A DNA stretch of 63,888 bases, filler included, from Hyphochytrium catenoides (taxonomy: Eukaryota; Protista; Hyphochytriomycota), in the NCBI GenBank assembly GCA_900088475.1. It is 13 parts of 13 records of this genome, joined end to end, with 100 filler letters (N's around TTAATTAATTAA, not from the genome) between each part and the next. Parts side by side here need not be neighbours in the genome. Positions count along the whole stretch, not along the records: positions 61,494 to 63,888 come from FLMG01004574.1; 12 more parts are not named here. One strand, given 5' to 3'. The notes beneath the pieces are model-generated. The model was not told the DNA's origin. It did no database searches and saw nothing but the letters and a program-made list of their open reading frames with translations. Position numbers and translations under genes: made by a program. This document shows positions 63,214 through 63,888 of the stretch, in pieces. Within the stretch, counting starts at the first letter, position 1, and each line of letters begins with the position of its first letter.

Positions 63214-63888
63214 CTGCAGTGGGTCTGCCACTCCTCCGCCATCGCCATCATTGAACAGACTGGAGGGCAGATGGGCAAGGGGAATGGCCAACTTACTTCC
63301 AGCTGCCATTAAAAATTGATAGGTAGTGTGGGTTTCCGCGAGGTTATACACGGGCAACCCCGATCTCTGGGGTATTTCACAAATGGACTGCCTATCCTTT
63401 CCAGCAGGTGAGAACATGTCCATCCAAATGCTGATGGTTTGGTCGGGACTGATGCACCGTCTCGCGCCATATGGGGCCCTTTTGGCACACCTCGTTAAAT
63501 CAGACTCAGATGAAGGTCAGCTGATGAGCTGGATTACGTTATATGATGGGCTGATGCCTTGCAAAGCCATTCAGCCCGCATAAATATTACTGCGTCCTAT
63601 CTGTCTTCGCCATCTACCAATACTTTTTATGGCAAGAAGTCTAACATCAGAAGCTTCCACGCCGAGTTGTCTACCGATACCTCCTGCTGCGTCGTTGAAC
63701 CAAGATTATCTATCGGGGCTATAGTGGGCTCGGGGAATGGAGGACACAGACAATAAGCCTCATACTGCTCCAAGCTCAGCCCCTGAATTGTTGCGCCGCT
63801 GAATGCCACATTGCTCTCTTTCAATAACCTGTCAGCGACCTGAGTCCATATGTCTTGGGCATGATAGCTAGACAACGCCTTGACATTG

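Noticed and set aside
63250-63888. Alternative genetic code (TAA/TAG read as Gln)
   Set aside because: Conserved host genes end in TAA/TAG at expected positions and have no internal stops, so decay is the simpler explanation.

Overview
This is eukaryotic draft-assembly sequence, not one locus: 13 unordered contigs joined by artificial 100-nt N/TTAATTAATTAA/N linkers. The genes are spliceosomal-intron-rich and point to a flagellated protist, probably a stramenopile (tectonic, LZTFL1/BBS17, oomycete-like MAPKK). Host genes recognised by manual splicing: XRN1, tectonic, dienelactone hydrolase, LRR protein, PLPBP/YggS, SCYL1-like, LZTFL1, PP2C, MAPKK, TMEM163-like, GT8 glycosyltransferase, SET/NAP, GDA1/CD39 apyrase and an intronless bacterial-type DUF6463-like gene. 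Mobile or decayed DNA: a Ty3/gypsy gag-protease fragment with a candidate -1 frameshift pseudoknot, a Mutator/FAR1-type transposase fragment ending in a fold-back, a frameshifted Polinton-type protein-primed PolB, an internally deleted acyl-CoA synthetase fragment, and a 64-bp structured tandem array in an LTR-like unit. The best leads are introns with GA-rich 5' halves and CT-rich 3' halves, the 64-bp array, and an adenylate-cyclase-like membrane protein lacking cyclase domains. All family calls are by motif recognition, not database search, and no novel system is proven.
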